64,000 nt of DNA from Octopus sinensis (GCF_006345805.1 NC_043001.1:28334001-28398000); one strand, 5' to 3'; shown: positions 12,425 to 25,099, numbered from the stretch's first letter. The notes: generated from the letters alone by a model not told the origin. Numbers and translations are program-made.

Positions 12425-12552
12425 TGGCTCTCAGTCTGTTACAGCGACGAGTGTTCTAGTTGGATTCGATCAACGGAACAGCCGGCTCGTGAAATTAACG
12501 TGCGCGTGGATGAGCACTCCACAGACATGTGTAACCTTAACGTAGTTATCAA
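12425..12552 (-). mobile_element. SINE 3' tail module (same as 16300-16468)
   Basis: gatcaacggaacagccggctcgtgaaattaacgtgc is the revcomp of the tail of the 16140-16468 SINE. Confidence 0.7.
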
Positions 12553-12591
12553 AAAGATATGTGTGTGTGTGCGTGTGAGTGTGTGAGTGCA

Positions 12592-12594
<3 letters not shown>

Positions 12595-12641
<47 letters not shown>

Positions 12642-12647
12642 AAGAGA

Positions 12648-12692
<45 letters not shown>

Positions 12693-12765
12693 CGAGGAGA
12701 GAGAGAGAATGAAAAGGCAGAGACAGAGGGAAAAGTATTGGTAGACTGAAAAATAGATAAACGGT

Positions 12766-12843
<78 letters not shown>

Positions 12844-12858
12844 GGCAGACAGACAGAC

Positions 12859-12926
<68 letters not shown>

Positions 12927-12930
12927 GTTG
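12595..12930. repeat. (GA)n then (GATA)n/(GACA)n microsatellites
   Basis: Direct inspection. Confidence 0.95.
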
Positions 12931-14116
12931 GAACAGCAAAAATGAAATGTTAAAAGAATTATGTTGTAAGCGTGCGGAGGAAGAAATTTAGTTTCGGAAT
13001 GGGAAAATAGTTGGTAATTAAAGACAACAACTGCAGAATAAAATGAGGGAAGCAAACCAAAAACAAACAAAAGCAACACAAAACACTTGATATTGGACAC
13101 TAACAAGGATACGATGGTTAAAGTAGTATAATATTTTCTAAGTGTTTATCTCTTTGGCCATTGTCTTCGTTTGTTTGTCCGTAAAACTCTTTTATACTAT
13201 TCATTTTCCCAATTGGCACTTAGACTTCCATAATAGATTCCCTGCCGGCTCATTTTTTTCTTTGTTTCGTTTTTTACTTCACGTGTGTGTGTGAGTGTAT
13301 GTGTGTGAGTATGCGTGTGTGTGAGTGTGGAAAAACAGAAAGAGAGGGAGAGAGGGAGGTCATGTGCGTGAGTGTGGAAAGAGAAAGAGAGAAAGGGAGG
13401 CTGTGTGTGCCTAAATGTGTATGTGTGTGCATCGGTATGTCTGAGTGCATTGGTATGTCTGTATGTCTTGTGTATGTGTGCCTGTGTGTATATGTGAGTG
13501 TGTGGCCGTATGCGTGTCAGTGTTTGTCTGTGTGAGTGTGTGTGTCTGTGTGTGTGTCAGGGTGTATGCGTGCGTGTGTGAATCTGTGGGTGTGTCTGTG
13601 TCTATGTGTCTGTGTGTATGGTTATATGCGTGCATGCATGCATGTGTGTGCGTGTGTATATGTGTGTGTTACTGTATCATATATACGCTGGCAGTTTCTT
13701 GGTGTGTAGAGGAAAAAAATAAACCTTACTATTTGACCAAAGTCTATAAAAGATACTTGTTTCTTCTCTAATGTCCATCTGGGGGAAAATGAATATTTAT
13801 TGGATATTTGAAACGATTCGGAATGAAGAAAAAATGCTAAATTATTGGTAACAATGGCACTGGAAACGGAAGTCAACAAATGGTGATTAGAATGATGGCG
13901 GTCATAATCATGTTCATAATCATCATCATCAGCAGCAGCATGATCATCATCGTCGTCATCATAATGATGATGGTAATGAGGAGGAGGAAGAGGAATGGGA
14001 GGAGGATCGTGATCAGGGCGATCATGGTGATGATGACGATGATGATGATAATAATTATGGTAATACTGGTGATGTGGTAATGGTGATGATGTTAGTGGTA
14101 TTAATGTTATTGTTGC

Positions 14117-14152
<36 letters not shown>

Positions 14153-14209
14153 ATATAACAAGTAGAAAGATAAATTTTACATACGACGTAACATATATAT
14201 ATATATATA

Positions 14210-14525
14210 TATAAAGAAAACAAAAAATGGAAGAACGTAACAGGCGACAAAACATCCGGGCAGTTAGACGAATCAAAAAAGACAGAAAAATACAATGACA
14301 GGTCATTCGGAGCTTTCTATGCTCAGTCCAGTTCCAGATCATCTTTGCACTTTCAGCCGGTTACACTCGAGACTGCTCCAGTCTGGCCGGCCCCAAGAAA
14401 ATCTAATCTAAGACCACTAGACTCTTTGGAAGAAAGCAAGCGAATGTATACGAAAACAAGGACGAAAAAGCGGAGAAATGGTACACAATTACAAATACAA
14501 ACAACAGGACATTAACAACAGGTGT
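14210..14525 (-). mobile_element. Probable PLE-type terminal repeat next to (TA)n; related shorter copy at 18100-18195
   Basis: Shared aaagaaaa..aaaatgg..agaacgtaa..aacatccgg.cagttag segment at both loci; PLE assignment is by analogy only. Confidence 0.45.
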
Positions 14526-14529
14526 CTAT

Positions 14530-14690
14530 ATACGACGGCCATCTTTTAGTTTCCGTCTACCAAATCCACCACAAGACTTTGATTGGCCCAAGGCTATAGA
14601 AGAAGACACTTACCCAAGGTGCCTTGCAGTGGGAATCCACCCGGAATCATGTGGTTGGGAAGCAAGCTTGTTACCACACAGCCACGCCTG
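14530..14690 (-). mobile_element. SINE family A, 5' half
   Basis: Matches the family A head. Confidence 0.85.
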
Positions 14691-14829
14691 CATAAACACT
14701 TTCCCTCTTTTCACACACATAAAGAGAGGTATGCTCTCTATATACATAAAAAGAGAGTGGAAAGAGAGAGAGAGGGGTGGGAGAGAACGAGAGAAACATG
14801 AAAACGCCTGATATTAAATAATGCTTTAG

Positions 14830-14925
14830 AGCGGCGAACTGGCAGAATCATTAACACACAGGGCAAGATGCTTAACGGCATTTCGCCCGCTTTTACGTTC
14901 TGAGTTCAAATTCCGCCGAGGTCGA
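14830..14925 (+). promoter_or_regulatory. SINE-B head with Pol III A and B boxes, truncated at ...gaggtcga
   Basis: gcggcgaactggcagaatcattaac ... gagttcaaattccgccgaggtcga. Confidence 0.8.
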
Positions 14926-15054
14926 TCGGGAGAGGAGCGGCCCGTTTCGCCCGTTCCGAGTTCGAGAGTAGATCGAGGCCGTCAACGTCCCCGGGGCATC
15001 CAGTCGTTCGCTTTACCGGACGGAATTGCGTGTCGTTCTCCCGCTGGCGCCAGG

Positions 15055-15089
<35 letters not shown>
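14926..15089 (-). pseudogene. 28S: 28S (LSU) rRNA fragment, domain II region, 164 bp
   Basis: gcgccaggtatcctgagggaaacttcggagggaaccagctact is the revcomp of the conserved eukaryotic LSU core AGUAGCUGGUUCCCUCCGAAGUUUCCCUCAGGAUA; upstream ttcgctttaccgga also aligns; locally GC-rich. Confidence 0.9.
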
Positions 15090-15443
15090 TTTTCAAGGAA
15101 GGGGAGAGAGAGAAGGGGGTGAAATGAGATAAGCATTAAACCGCCTAATGTGAAATATGACAACGTGGAATCAGTGGTGCCAAGACGGCCGTGCCAAAAT
15201 GTCTGATTCTCCACAGAAGAGTGTTTATCCAGTGCAACAGCATCTCCATTATTTTGATTACATCCAAGGTCCAAATTATACGCTATTATTTTGCAGTCAG
15301 AATATTCTATACTAATCGTTGTCCTTAATTCCAGTGCTGAATATCTGCATCAGTTGACAATCTGACAAACAAGTAACCTGTCGATTTATATACATCAAAT
15401 CTGGTCGTTATACATCAAATCTGGTCGTTTCAAAGTACTGGAG

Positions 15444-15512
15444 CTACTAATTTGCATATGGCAACTGTACAGATTTGCATATGACAAGTGTACTAATTTG
15501 CATAGGCAAATG
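15444..15512. repeat. Three ~23-bp tandem units each containing ATTTGCAT (octamer); 20-bp duplication just upstream at 15389-15428
   Basis: ATTTGCAT at 15450, 15473 and 15496. Confidence 0.85.
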
Positions 15513-15521
15513 TATTAATTA

Positions 15522-15922
15522 CCTTATTTCTTTATTGCCCACAAGGGGCTAAACATAGAGGGGATAAACAAGGACAGACAAAGAGATTACTTCGACCCCA
15601 GTGCATAACTGGTACTTTATTTATCGACCCCGAAAGGATGAAAGGCAAAGTCGACCTCGGCGGAATTTGAATTCAGAACGTAACGGCAGACGTAAAACCG
15701 CTAAGTATTTCGCCCGGCGTGCTAACGTTTCTTATTCCTTTATTGCCCACAAGGGGCTAAACACAGAGAGGACAAACAAGGACAGACAAACGGATTAAGT
15801 CGATTACAATGACCCCAGTGCATGACTGGTACTTTCGCTCATAAACACACACACACAGATCGCCCGTCTGAGATACGAACCCGCGAGTCCGCTGCTATAA
15901 CCACTGGGCCACGCGCCTCCAC
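15522..15922 (-). mobile_element. SINE-C head (15835-15922) plus SINE-B partial dimer (15522-15833)
   Basis: Sequence similarity to other family B and C copies. Confidence 0.8.
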
Positions 15923-15954
15923 TTTTACTGTTATTAAACTAGAGGTATTCTTTA

Positions 15955-16085
15955 CCGTCTGAACTCGATTTTGTCCCTCATTCTTTCGGGGTCGATAAAA
16001 GAAATACCAGTTGAATACTGGGGTCGATGTAACCGACTAGTGTCTTCCCTTCAAACTGCTGGCTTTGTGTCGAAATTTGAAACCA
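15955..16085 (+). mobile_element. SINE-B variant, partial
   Basis: tcattctttcggggtcgataaaagaaataccagttgaatactggggtcgatgtaa. Confidence 0.7.
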
Positions 16086-16139
16086 TTACTATTACTACTA
16101 CCACCACCACCACCACCACTACTACTAATACTAATGCTA

Positions 16140-16468
16140 CACGTGGCTTAGTGGTTACCGGTATTCGGATCACGACGATCGTAAGGTCGTGTGTTCGATT
16201 ACCGGCGTTGTGTTGTGTCCTTGAGTAAGACGCTTTATTTAACATTGCCCCTCCTGTTCCTTCAGCTAGCAAAAATGAGTAGCACCTATATTTTAAAGGG
16301 CCGGTCTCGTCGCATTCTGTGTCACTCCGAATCTCCCTGAGAACTACGCTATGTGTACACGTCTCTGTGGAATGCTCAGCCACATGCACTTTAATTTCAC
16401 GAGCAGGCTATTCCGTTGATCAGCTCAACTGAAACCCGCGTCGTCGTAACCGACTGAGTCTCACTGCA
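16140..16468 (+). mobile_element. SINE family E inserted in an (ACT)n microsatellite; second fragment at 16528-16697
   Basis: cgtggcttagtggttac head, gtgttcgattacc B box, central domain, (ACT)n on both sides. Confidence 0.8.
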
Positions 16469-16509
<41 letters not shown>

Positions 16510-18029
16510 CACTACTACTACTACTACGCATTATTTCACGTTGCTCCAGTTCTTTCAGCTGTTGAAATTAGTTGCGACGTCACTGGTGCCAAGCTGTATC
16601 GGACCCTTTGCCTTTCCGTTGGGTAACATCGGTGGCGTGGAGAGGCGAGGTTTGTATGTATGGGTGACTGCTGGTCTTCCATAAACAACCTTGCCCGAAG
16701 GGGAACTTTCCACTTTTATCACCACCGCCATCACCACCATCAGTAGCAGCAGCAGCAGCAGCGGTTCAAGAATTTGGACCTGGAGATCTCCATTTCCAGC
16801 GACCTCGAGTGCCACCTCCCAGTGGTGTCAGGCATCAACGAAGAGCCCTCGACTACAACAAGACGACCGAATTTTTTTTTTTTTTTTGCAAGGCCTGGGG
16901 TCTCCCGCCCCGAAGCCCTAGAACATCATCTAATCACCCTTACCCGTCTTGTTGCTTAACAACAACAACAGCTGCAGCAGCAGTAGTATTAGTAGTGGTG
17001 GTGGTATAAGCAGTTGTTCTATTTCTAATACTCCTATTATAATTTGGACGATGTAGCTTTTAAATCATTCAGAGCGTTAAATAAACATTGTTAAGTAATA
17101 ATATTTAATCTTATATATAACATTTTCAACATCAGATCATCAGATCATCAGATCTTGCTGGGGACCACTTTACGTTTTAATCCTCCGGGGGTCAATCAGC
17201 TTAAATACCAGTATGATAAATAAGACTTATTCCCTCGACAATAAACTTTCCTTTGTGAGACCAGAATTGGCTTTCTAACTTGACTAAAGAAATAATTAAT
17301 ACCACACACAATTCCTTCTTCCTTTTTTTGTTATTATGGTTATTGTTTTACTTCCAATGTTCTTTTTTTATTTTCCTTTTATTTACTTATTTATTTATCC
17401 TTAGATTTTCTGAGTCAAGCTTGTCTGCATCCATCACCAACACAACTATTGGCCAAATCTGTCCATTCCCTCAAATGACTCACTATTTTCTGCATTATTT
17501 CTTTTATGTATTATTTTTGTAATTCTCTTCTAAGTCTTTATACAAATATTTCTGTCTCTAGTGTTTTCTCAATAAAAAAAAATCAAACACGAAAGAAATG
17601 TAAGAAGACAGTGAGATAGAAAGATCGAAAGAGAGGTTGTTTATTTTCTCTTGCATTCAATTCCGTTCCGCTTATTTGTGCCTTTTCTACTGGAATAAGC
17701 TAACTATGAAACATAATGAACAAAATGGCGCCGACGACTTCTAGAAAGAACGAGATCAAGTGTTATCGATGTCTAATGTGGACGCTGTATTTGTCGGCAC
17801 TGAGTAGGCATTGCTTTGACGTTGACACAATTGGCCATCGATCTCATATGACGTTCAGTGGATGGGTTACTGATCTGGGGATTTTAATTAAGATTACCGG
17901 TGGTGTTAAAAAAAAATTCGTCTGCTACTTTCTCTCTCCCTCTCTCTTTTCTCTCTCTCTCTCTCTCACTTTTCCTATTCATCTATCTGTCTATCTATTT
18001 CTATATCTATCGACTTCTTTTCCTTTTCA

Positions 18030-18102
<73 letters not shown>

Positions 18103-18745
18103 AAAGAAAATACAAAATGGGACAAGAACGTAAAACATCCGGACAATTAGGTGATACAAAAGGGGACAACAAAAGATAGACGATACAAAAACCATATATA
18201 TGTATATATGTATATATTATGTATGTATGTATGTATGTATGTATGTATGTATGTATTATGTATGTATGTATGTATGTGTATATGTGTACATACACACATA
18301 TATACAAATCTATCATTATATCCTTCTCACACGTTATGTCCGTGTATGAACAGGTACGTAAGTGATAATATGCGTGCGCGGGGAAAATAACACCTACTGT
18401 TTCCGTTTACAGACTTTCCGAATTTATATTTACAATTTTCATCAGCTTTTTGTTTCCACAAATAGGATGCTAGCCTTTCTGTCTGTATGTATGTATATAT
18501 GCATTTTGTATGTGTGTATATATAGGCGCAGGAATGGTTGTGTGGTAAATAGTTTGCTTAATAACTACAATATTCTTAAAGTCTCTTCATGTAGCCTGTC
18601 GAGGGATCTTAACTTGCTTTTCAGTAGAACTGGTATAGGTCTTGGTTTCAGTTGGAAAGTCCACTGGAATTTTTCTCTATCGTTCCGTTCCGCGATCTGT
18701 GATAGCTGACTCCGGATTCTTTCGTCGCCGTGACGTATGTATATA

Positions 18746-18964
18746 TTTCTTTACTGCCCACAAGAGAGGGGACAAACAAGGACAGACAAAGGGATTAAGT
18801 CTATTACATCGACCCCAGTGCGAAACTGATACTTTATTTATCGACCCCGAAAGGATGAAAGGCAAAGTCGACCTCGGCGGAATTTGAACTCAGAACGTAA
18901 CGACAGACGAAATACCGCTAAGCATTTCACCCGGCGCGCTAACGTTTCTGCCAGCTCGCCGCCT
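18746..18964 (-). mobile_element. SINE family B, full length
   Basis: Complete head to tail ...ccccttgtgggcagtaaagaaata. Confidence 0.9.
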
Positions 18965-19344
18965 TATGTATGTCAGTTTGATTATCGCTACGATCTTAAA
19001 AAAGAAAAGGGTGTTCTTTTGCATTTACTCAAAAATTTCTATCACTAGGCTTGTGTTGATGGCAAAAATTATGGGGAGTAGTACTCATTATTCGGAAGAA
19101 TGAATAGTCCTCTATGCCAACGTGTTTGTATTCGACGCCATGATGTGTATATATGTGTGTGTATGCATATGCGTGCGTATGCATATGTGTGTGTGTACGC
19201 ATGTGTGTGCACGCGTGTGAGTTTATCTGGTTTAATTTTCGAATTTCTCTCTAAAAGTAAAAGAACCCATTTCCAGCCCAAAAAACGAAGCTTACTAAAA
19301 TAATTAAAACTGTTATCAAAGAATATCTAATATTGATATTAATA

Positions 19345-19765
19345 ACCGTAGGTATGGATGTGTGGGCGGTTAAGAAGCTCGTTTTAGAGTCAGATGGTTT
19401 CTGGCCCAGTTCTACTGCACGGCACCTTGGACAAGTGTTTCTACTACAGCCTCGGACCGACGAATGCCTTGTGAGCGAATTTTCTAGGAGAAATGTATGA
19501 AAGCCCGTTGTATATATGTGCGTATATGTGTACATATGCATGTATATATGTGTGTGTGTGTGTGTGTGTATGCATGTGTGTGTTTGTTTGTGCTTCTATC
19601 TCCTGTCGCTTTACTACTGGTGTTGGTTTGTTTCCGTCCCCGTAACTTAGCGATACAGAATATGCACCAGAGTATAACAAACCAAGTACTGCGATCAGCT
19701 AAACGATTCAAGGCGGTGCCCTGGCTTGGCTGCATTTGAATGGCTGAAATAGCTAAAAGAAAAAC
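19345..19765 (+). mobile_element. SINE family A, diverged
   Basis: Collinear with family A. Confidence 0.8.
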
Positions 19766-19862
19766 GATATCGATTTTTCTATTCTCGTAAGCGCTTTAAT
19801 TATTGCTAGTTAGCATTTTAATGTTACCATGAGTAAATATGTTAACACTAACTTAACTGCGT

Positions 19863-19974
<112 letters not shown>

Positions 19975-20268
19975 TTACACTATTCCATGTCGGCTGCATG
20001 TATTCATAACAGATTTTGATCGCCATGTATAAACGCCCCTATACTAGCGGAACGATATTTCCAAGAAATGTCATTACAAAGCAGCAACCAAACTTAATGG
20101 TGCAATAAATGCATATTAGGCTCCTAGGAAACATTAATGTTACCAAATGTTTCATAGATTACCCATTAGTGATTCTTTTCAATTTTCACACAGTACTGAT
20201 AAAGTGTGAACGTCACCATAGTGAAAGCGAAATCACAATAAACACAAGATTCGTTCGCTTTTGTTTAT

Positions 20269-20271
<3 letters not shown>

Positions 20272-20350
<79 letters not shown>

Positions 20351-20353
20351 GTG

Positions 20354-20422
<69 letters not shown>

Positions 20423-20477
20423 AGGTGGTGGTAGTAGTAGTAGTAGAGGTGGTGGTGGTGGTATTTGTAGTAGTAGC

Positions 20478-20509
<32 letters not shown>

Positions 20510-20660
20510 AGGTGGTGGTAGTAGTAGTAGTAGAGGTGGTGGTGGTATTTGTAGTAGTAGCAATAGTAGTAGTAGTAGTAGTAGTAGTAGTGGCGCTGGT
20601 GCTTTTTGGTGGTAGTGGTGGTGGTGGTAGTTGTAGTGAAGTAGTGGTGGTGGTAGTAGT
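20272..20660. repeat. (TAG)n/(GGT)n triplet tract with an internal ~80-bp duplicated block
   Basis: Direct inspection; source of the poly-T/V/L ORFs. Confidence 0.95.
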
Positions 20661-20729
20661 GACAGTAGCATTGGCAGAATGTTTGTTTTCTTCTTTTCCT
20701 TCTTCTTCTTTTTCATCTTCTTCTTCTTC

Positions 20730-21985
20730 AATCTTCCCAAGAATATCCCTCTCTTTAGTTCTTGTAGGGGACTCGAATGGTATTTTCCAATTGTCTGATA
20801 GATACCGACTGGATCTCCCAAATGTGCCAATGTAATCATGAAGCAACCACGATCGGTTTTCTAGATCGTTCTTAGAGTATTCGTCAGGCAAAACTGACAA
20901 AGATATGTCCGGGTGTCCACAATTCAAACTGGTCGTCTACTGGAAGTTGAACGCATCTTTCCGGAGCGAAAAGACTATAGACACCGGATTAACGAGCTAA
21001 TTAAGAGAATCTAAATGCAGTGTTTAAAATTTTGGCCATTGTTGACGCTTGTCGCGGACGGAATCGTCTGAGGAGTTTAAACATGTGAAATCTCTAATGG
21101 ATCCATAAAAGGTGGTGGGAAAGTCTGAAGAGGGCAATTGAATATAAGTCAACACCATTTCATGAAGAACAAGTAATAAAGAGAAATGAAACAGAGAAAG
21201 AGCTAGTAAGTAAACTAGATTAGGCAATTAGAAGTGGCGTCATGACCAACGTACTAGCGGCAGGGATGGCCCTCGACCATTACTTCAATGCGAAACACGA
21301 AGGTTGCATTGTCAGGGCTAGAGCTCGTGCGCTAAAACAAGAAGGAACGAAAGCCGTCCCAAGGAATCGTGTGGTGGAGGCACAACGTAGTAACAAAACC
21401 TCAATTGAGTCTGTAACAGATCAGGATGGGCGAGTATTGCACGGTTCCAAACAAATGTACGTGGCCTTCCCGCAGCATTTTGCCTAACTTTTCAGAGAAA
21501 GCGATAGGGCATGGAAAATTATGGACTTTAGTACCTACTTGGACGGCTTGCCGCAACTCTCAGAAGGAGAGGCTAGGCGTTGTAAAAGGCCGATAATAGC
21601 AAATAAGATACCAAAAAGTACTGAGTGGATGCACAAGGGACAAGTTGTCCGATTTGGATGATCTGCCGTATGAAAGTTTTATGGATATATGCTGACTTGA
21701 TTGGTGACATCTTGGCAAATGTCAATCACAACGGCAGAATTTCCCAGATATGTAAGCTTTTGCTGAGGAAGGATGCTAATAAAGGGATATTATAGACAAT
21801 TTCCGGCTCTTAACCTTACTAAATACAGAGTTTAAAATTTTGGTCAAAGTGTTGGCAAAGAGGTTGACGCTTGTCGCGGACAGTTTAGTCGGAGCAGCTC
21901 AGACATGTGCAATCCCCAATAGATCCATATGCGACAATCTCCACCTTATGCGCTACGTCCTAGAGACGATGAATAGCAAGTCTGG
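20730..21985 (+). pseudogene. Degenerate Tx1/L1-clade LINE ORF2: APE C-terminus, linker, start of RT
   Basis: LVLVGDSN; DRYRLDLPNVPM; YWKLNAS; WWESLKRAI; HYFNAKHEGCIVRARAR; DNFRLLTLLNTEFKILVKVLAKRLTLVADSLVGAAQTCAIPNRSICDNLHLMRY. Confidence 0.85.
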
Positions 21986-22080
21986 TATCGATTCATTCGA
22001 CTGAAAATTCTTCAAAGAAGTACCCCAGCATGGCCACAGTCTAATAATCCAATGACTGAAACAGGTAAAAAAGAAAAAAA
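21986..22080 (+). mobile_element. SINE-A 3' end
   Basis: tcgattcattcgact..ccccagcatggccacagtc..gactgaaacagg. Confidence 0.75.
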
Positions 22081-22943
22081 GATAAACGATATGCGTGTGT
22101 GTGTGTGTGTGGTGTGTGTGTGTGTGTGTGTGTGTTCGCGCTGACGTGAACAGGGTAACCTTTTGTGCAATGCATACGTACTGTGTATGATTGTGTGTCT
22201 ATGTATTTATGTAAGTATATATTCCTAATACAACATTATATATGTACCATGGATATTACATAAAATTGCATTAGTTATTCTAGTCCCGCAAAACTAAGTC
22301 CGTTCACGCACACATGTATACGCACAGACACAAACACACACACACACGAATTCTGTACATTTTTTCTGAACTTGAGTTCATGTCTTTGATAGTTGAATGT
22401 ATGAATACTATCATTAGTGGACGGTATAAAAACTTACGCAGACAGAAACAAATACACAAACACACACCCAGGCACATACAGACGCGCACACACACACACA
22501 CACACATGCGTATGTCTGTGATATATTACCATATGTAACATACGTGTGTGAGCGTATGGAGGTGTGCTTCTATTTGCTTTAGTTATCTTGTTACGTGCTT
22601 ATAACAGCTTATAATTATATTTACTCACACGCAGAACATAATTGATTAATTCATAAATGCATGTATATATAAATGATTTTGCCGCTTTCAAACATACGCA
22701 TACGACACACAAAACGTGTGTAGACTGGACGTATAAATACACATACAGTTGTGCACCTCGGACACCGACAATGGGGCGGCGAAAATGTATTTACGAATAC
22801 ATCTTTATTTACCTCCATTTTAGTTTGTTCAAACATTTACCGTCGGCGACAAGCCTCTCTCATACGAAGTGTTTTATCGTTATAAACTGTTGTCATTGCT
22901 ATTATTATTATCATTATTCGTTTTGTTATTGTTATTATTATTA

Positions 22944-22979
<36 letters not shown>

Positions 22980-23012
22980 GAACGGTGTTAGGTAAATTTC
23001 CCTTTTCCGTTT

Positions 23013-23067
<55 letters not shown>

Positions 23068-23697
23068 CTCGCCGACAGTTTATTTAGCGTATGTTGCGTC
23101 CTGTCGTCTTTTTCCAGTTTTGTTTATTCAGAGCATTAATTAACAGATAGTTTAATTGATAGCTGAGCTAATTGGTTTCATCTTTCATTTTTCATTTCAT
23201 TCTTTCCTCCAGTGATCTTCTAAACAACTGCATATGACCATGTAGCTATGTTGTTGTTATTGCTATTTCCGTCGTTATTATTGATGATGACGAGTACAAG
23301 GTCAGCCTTGATTGAGCAGACTTATGGCAAAAGATGTTCTATTTCTTTTTTCAGTATTATGTACCTAAGACTACATTATCCAATGTGTCCTTCCTTTTAA
23401 AGACATCAGTATATAATTTGAATGACACCTAGATGTTATTTCTAGCAGGTCGGGCAACCAGTTAGAGGTTTCCTCGTTACCTCATGATGCAGTCATGCTT
23501 ATTGGGAAGATAATCCTCTAATATAAGTATCACTTAAATGCTCCAGCATGGACACAACAGGCTAAGAACCAGTAAGGGTTTCTTTGCTATTCGCTTTTAG
23601 GGTCACCCTAATTGATTGAAGGAATTTCCCATTATGTGTGATTGCATTTCTGTATTCACGTTGATAACAGTCAGAAACAACAACGACTATCTAGAGT

Positions 23698-23770
23698 AGT
23701 GGTTCCCACCTACGGTTCCCACCCTTTTTATTTAAATGAGTTTTCCCACGGACCCCTTTAATACACTTAT
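23698..23770 (+). mobile_element. hAT/Charlie-like terminus
   Basis: atctagag followed by tagtggttccca (cagtggttccca-type end). Confidence 0.45.
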
Positions 23771-23772
23771 CC

Positions 23773-23876
<104 letters not shown>

Positions 23877-23924
23877 ATATACATATATATAAAGATATAC
23901 ATATATATATATGTACATAGAGAG

Positions 23925-24460
23925 AGAATGTGAGTATGTAACAAAGATGTACAGTTGTCAATACATTACGGCCGTTTCAAGCGGCTCCATTTAATTGATT
24001 AATGAAAATATTACATCAATTTGAAGAAATCGCTTTCTTCAGACGACCATATAGTTTTCAAGCATAAAGGATAAACTATTTTAAACAAATTTAGATCAAT
24101 AATAGCAACCAAAATAATTACATTGTTTCCTTATGTTAAATCTGTGGCAGAATGAGTTTAGAAAATAATGAATATTTTATTAAACCTACTATAATTTAGA
24201 AAGTAAATTATAAATTATAGTAGGCTTAATAAGATATGCATTATTTTCTAAATTCGTTCTGGCACTTATATAACATAACTAAACAATGTAATTATTTTGG
24301 TTTCTATTATTGATATAATTTTGTTAAAACGGTTTATGCTTTATGTTTGAAATCTATATGGTCATCTAAAGAGATGTTTTCATTAGTCAGTTAAATGGAG
24401 CCGCTTGAAACGGCCGTAATGTATTGATGCATGAACACCTTTGTTACTTATTTACATTCT
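23925..24460. repeat. Inverted repeat, ~80-bp arms with a perfect 36-bp core, ~375-bp AT-rich spacer (MITE-like)
   Basis: caatacattacggccgtttcaagcggctccatttaa at 23959-23994 equals the revcomp of 24391-24426. Confidence 0.9.
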
Positions 24461-24756
24461 GTTCACCTAACTTGGAATCTGCACTTCGGAAATACTATAA
24501 AAAATATCTTTATAAAATGTACTTGTCTGAATTACGAAGAGTTGTAATATCCACTTAGCTGGATTGCATTGTCTGCACACACGGCAGGAATATTTGGTAC
24601 AAACACCACTACACGCAGTCTTGATGTTCAATATTCAAATAATATTGATGAGCTGTACAGACTAAACCGAACTGGTAAGGTGCCTCAGTTCAAATACCTA
24701 ATTCAACTGAATCTTATGTGTGTGTGTGTGTGTGTGTGTTTGTGTATGTATGTATG

Positions 24757-24800
<44 letters not shown>

Positions 24801-24810
<10 letters not shown>

Positions 24811-24894
24811 AGGGATGACCATTAAGTGGACATTCATCGGGGTCGACTTCTAGCATAATGAATGTCCACTTAGTGGTCATCCCTCTTATATGTA
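24801..24894. repeat. 37-bp inverted repeat (1 mismatch) with a 20-nt loop
   Basis: tacatataagagggatgaccattaagtggacattcat vs revcomp of 24858-24894. Confidence 0.95.
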
Positions 24895-25099
24895 TGTAAT
24901 ATCATTTTTCTGAATCTTCAGATTTTTCTATATGCTAGACCACTGGTTTTAAATTGATATTAATCAAATTAATATTCAATTTTTCAATTTTTCGCCCTTA
25001 TTATTGCACATTGTTTAGCATTTTGTCGACTATACACTATAGTACAATAGTACACAGTATAGCAGGTGCGGTTAGGCACCGTCTGTGAGAAAGATAGCA

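Noticed and set aside
14926-15089. Functional rDNA unit
   Set aside because: Only 164 bp; no flanking 28S, 5.8S or 18S sequence.
17716-17910. caaaATGGCG start and MAPTTSRK ORF as a first exon
   Set aside because: No convincing donor site or recognisable protein; the ORF runs into microsatellites.
20213-20927. Mucin-like poly-Thr / poly-Leu ORFs
   Set aside because: Translations of a (TAG)n/(GGT)n tract; no splice or codon evidence.
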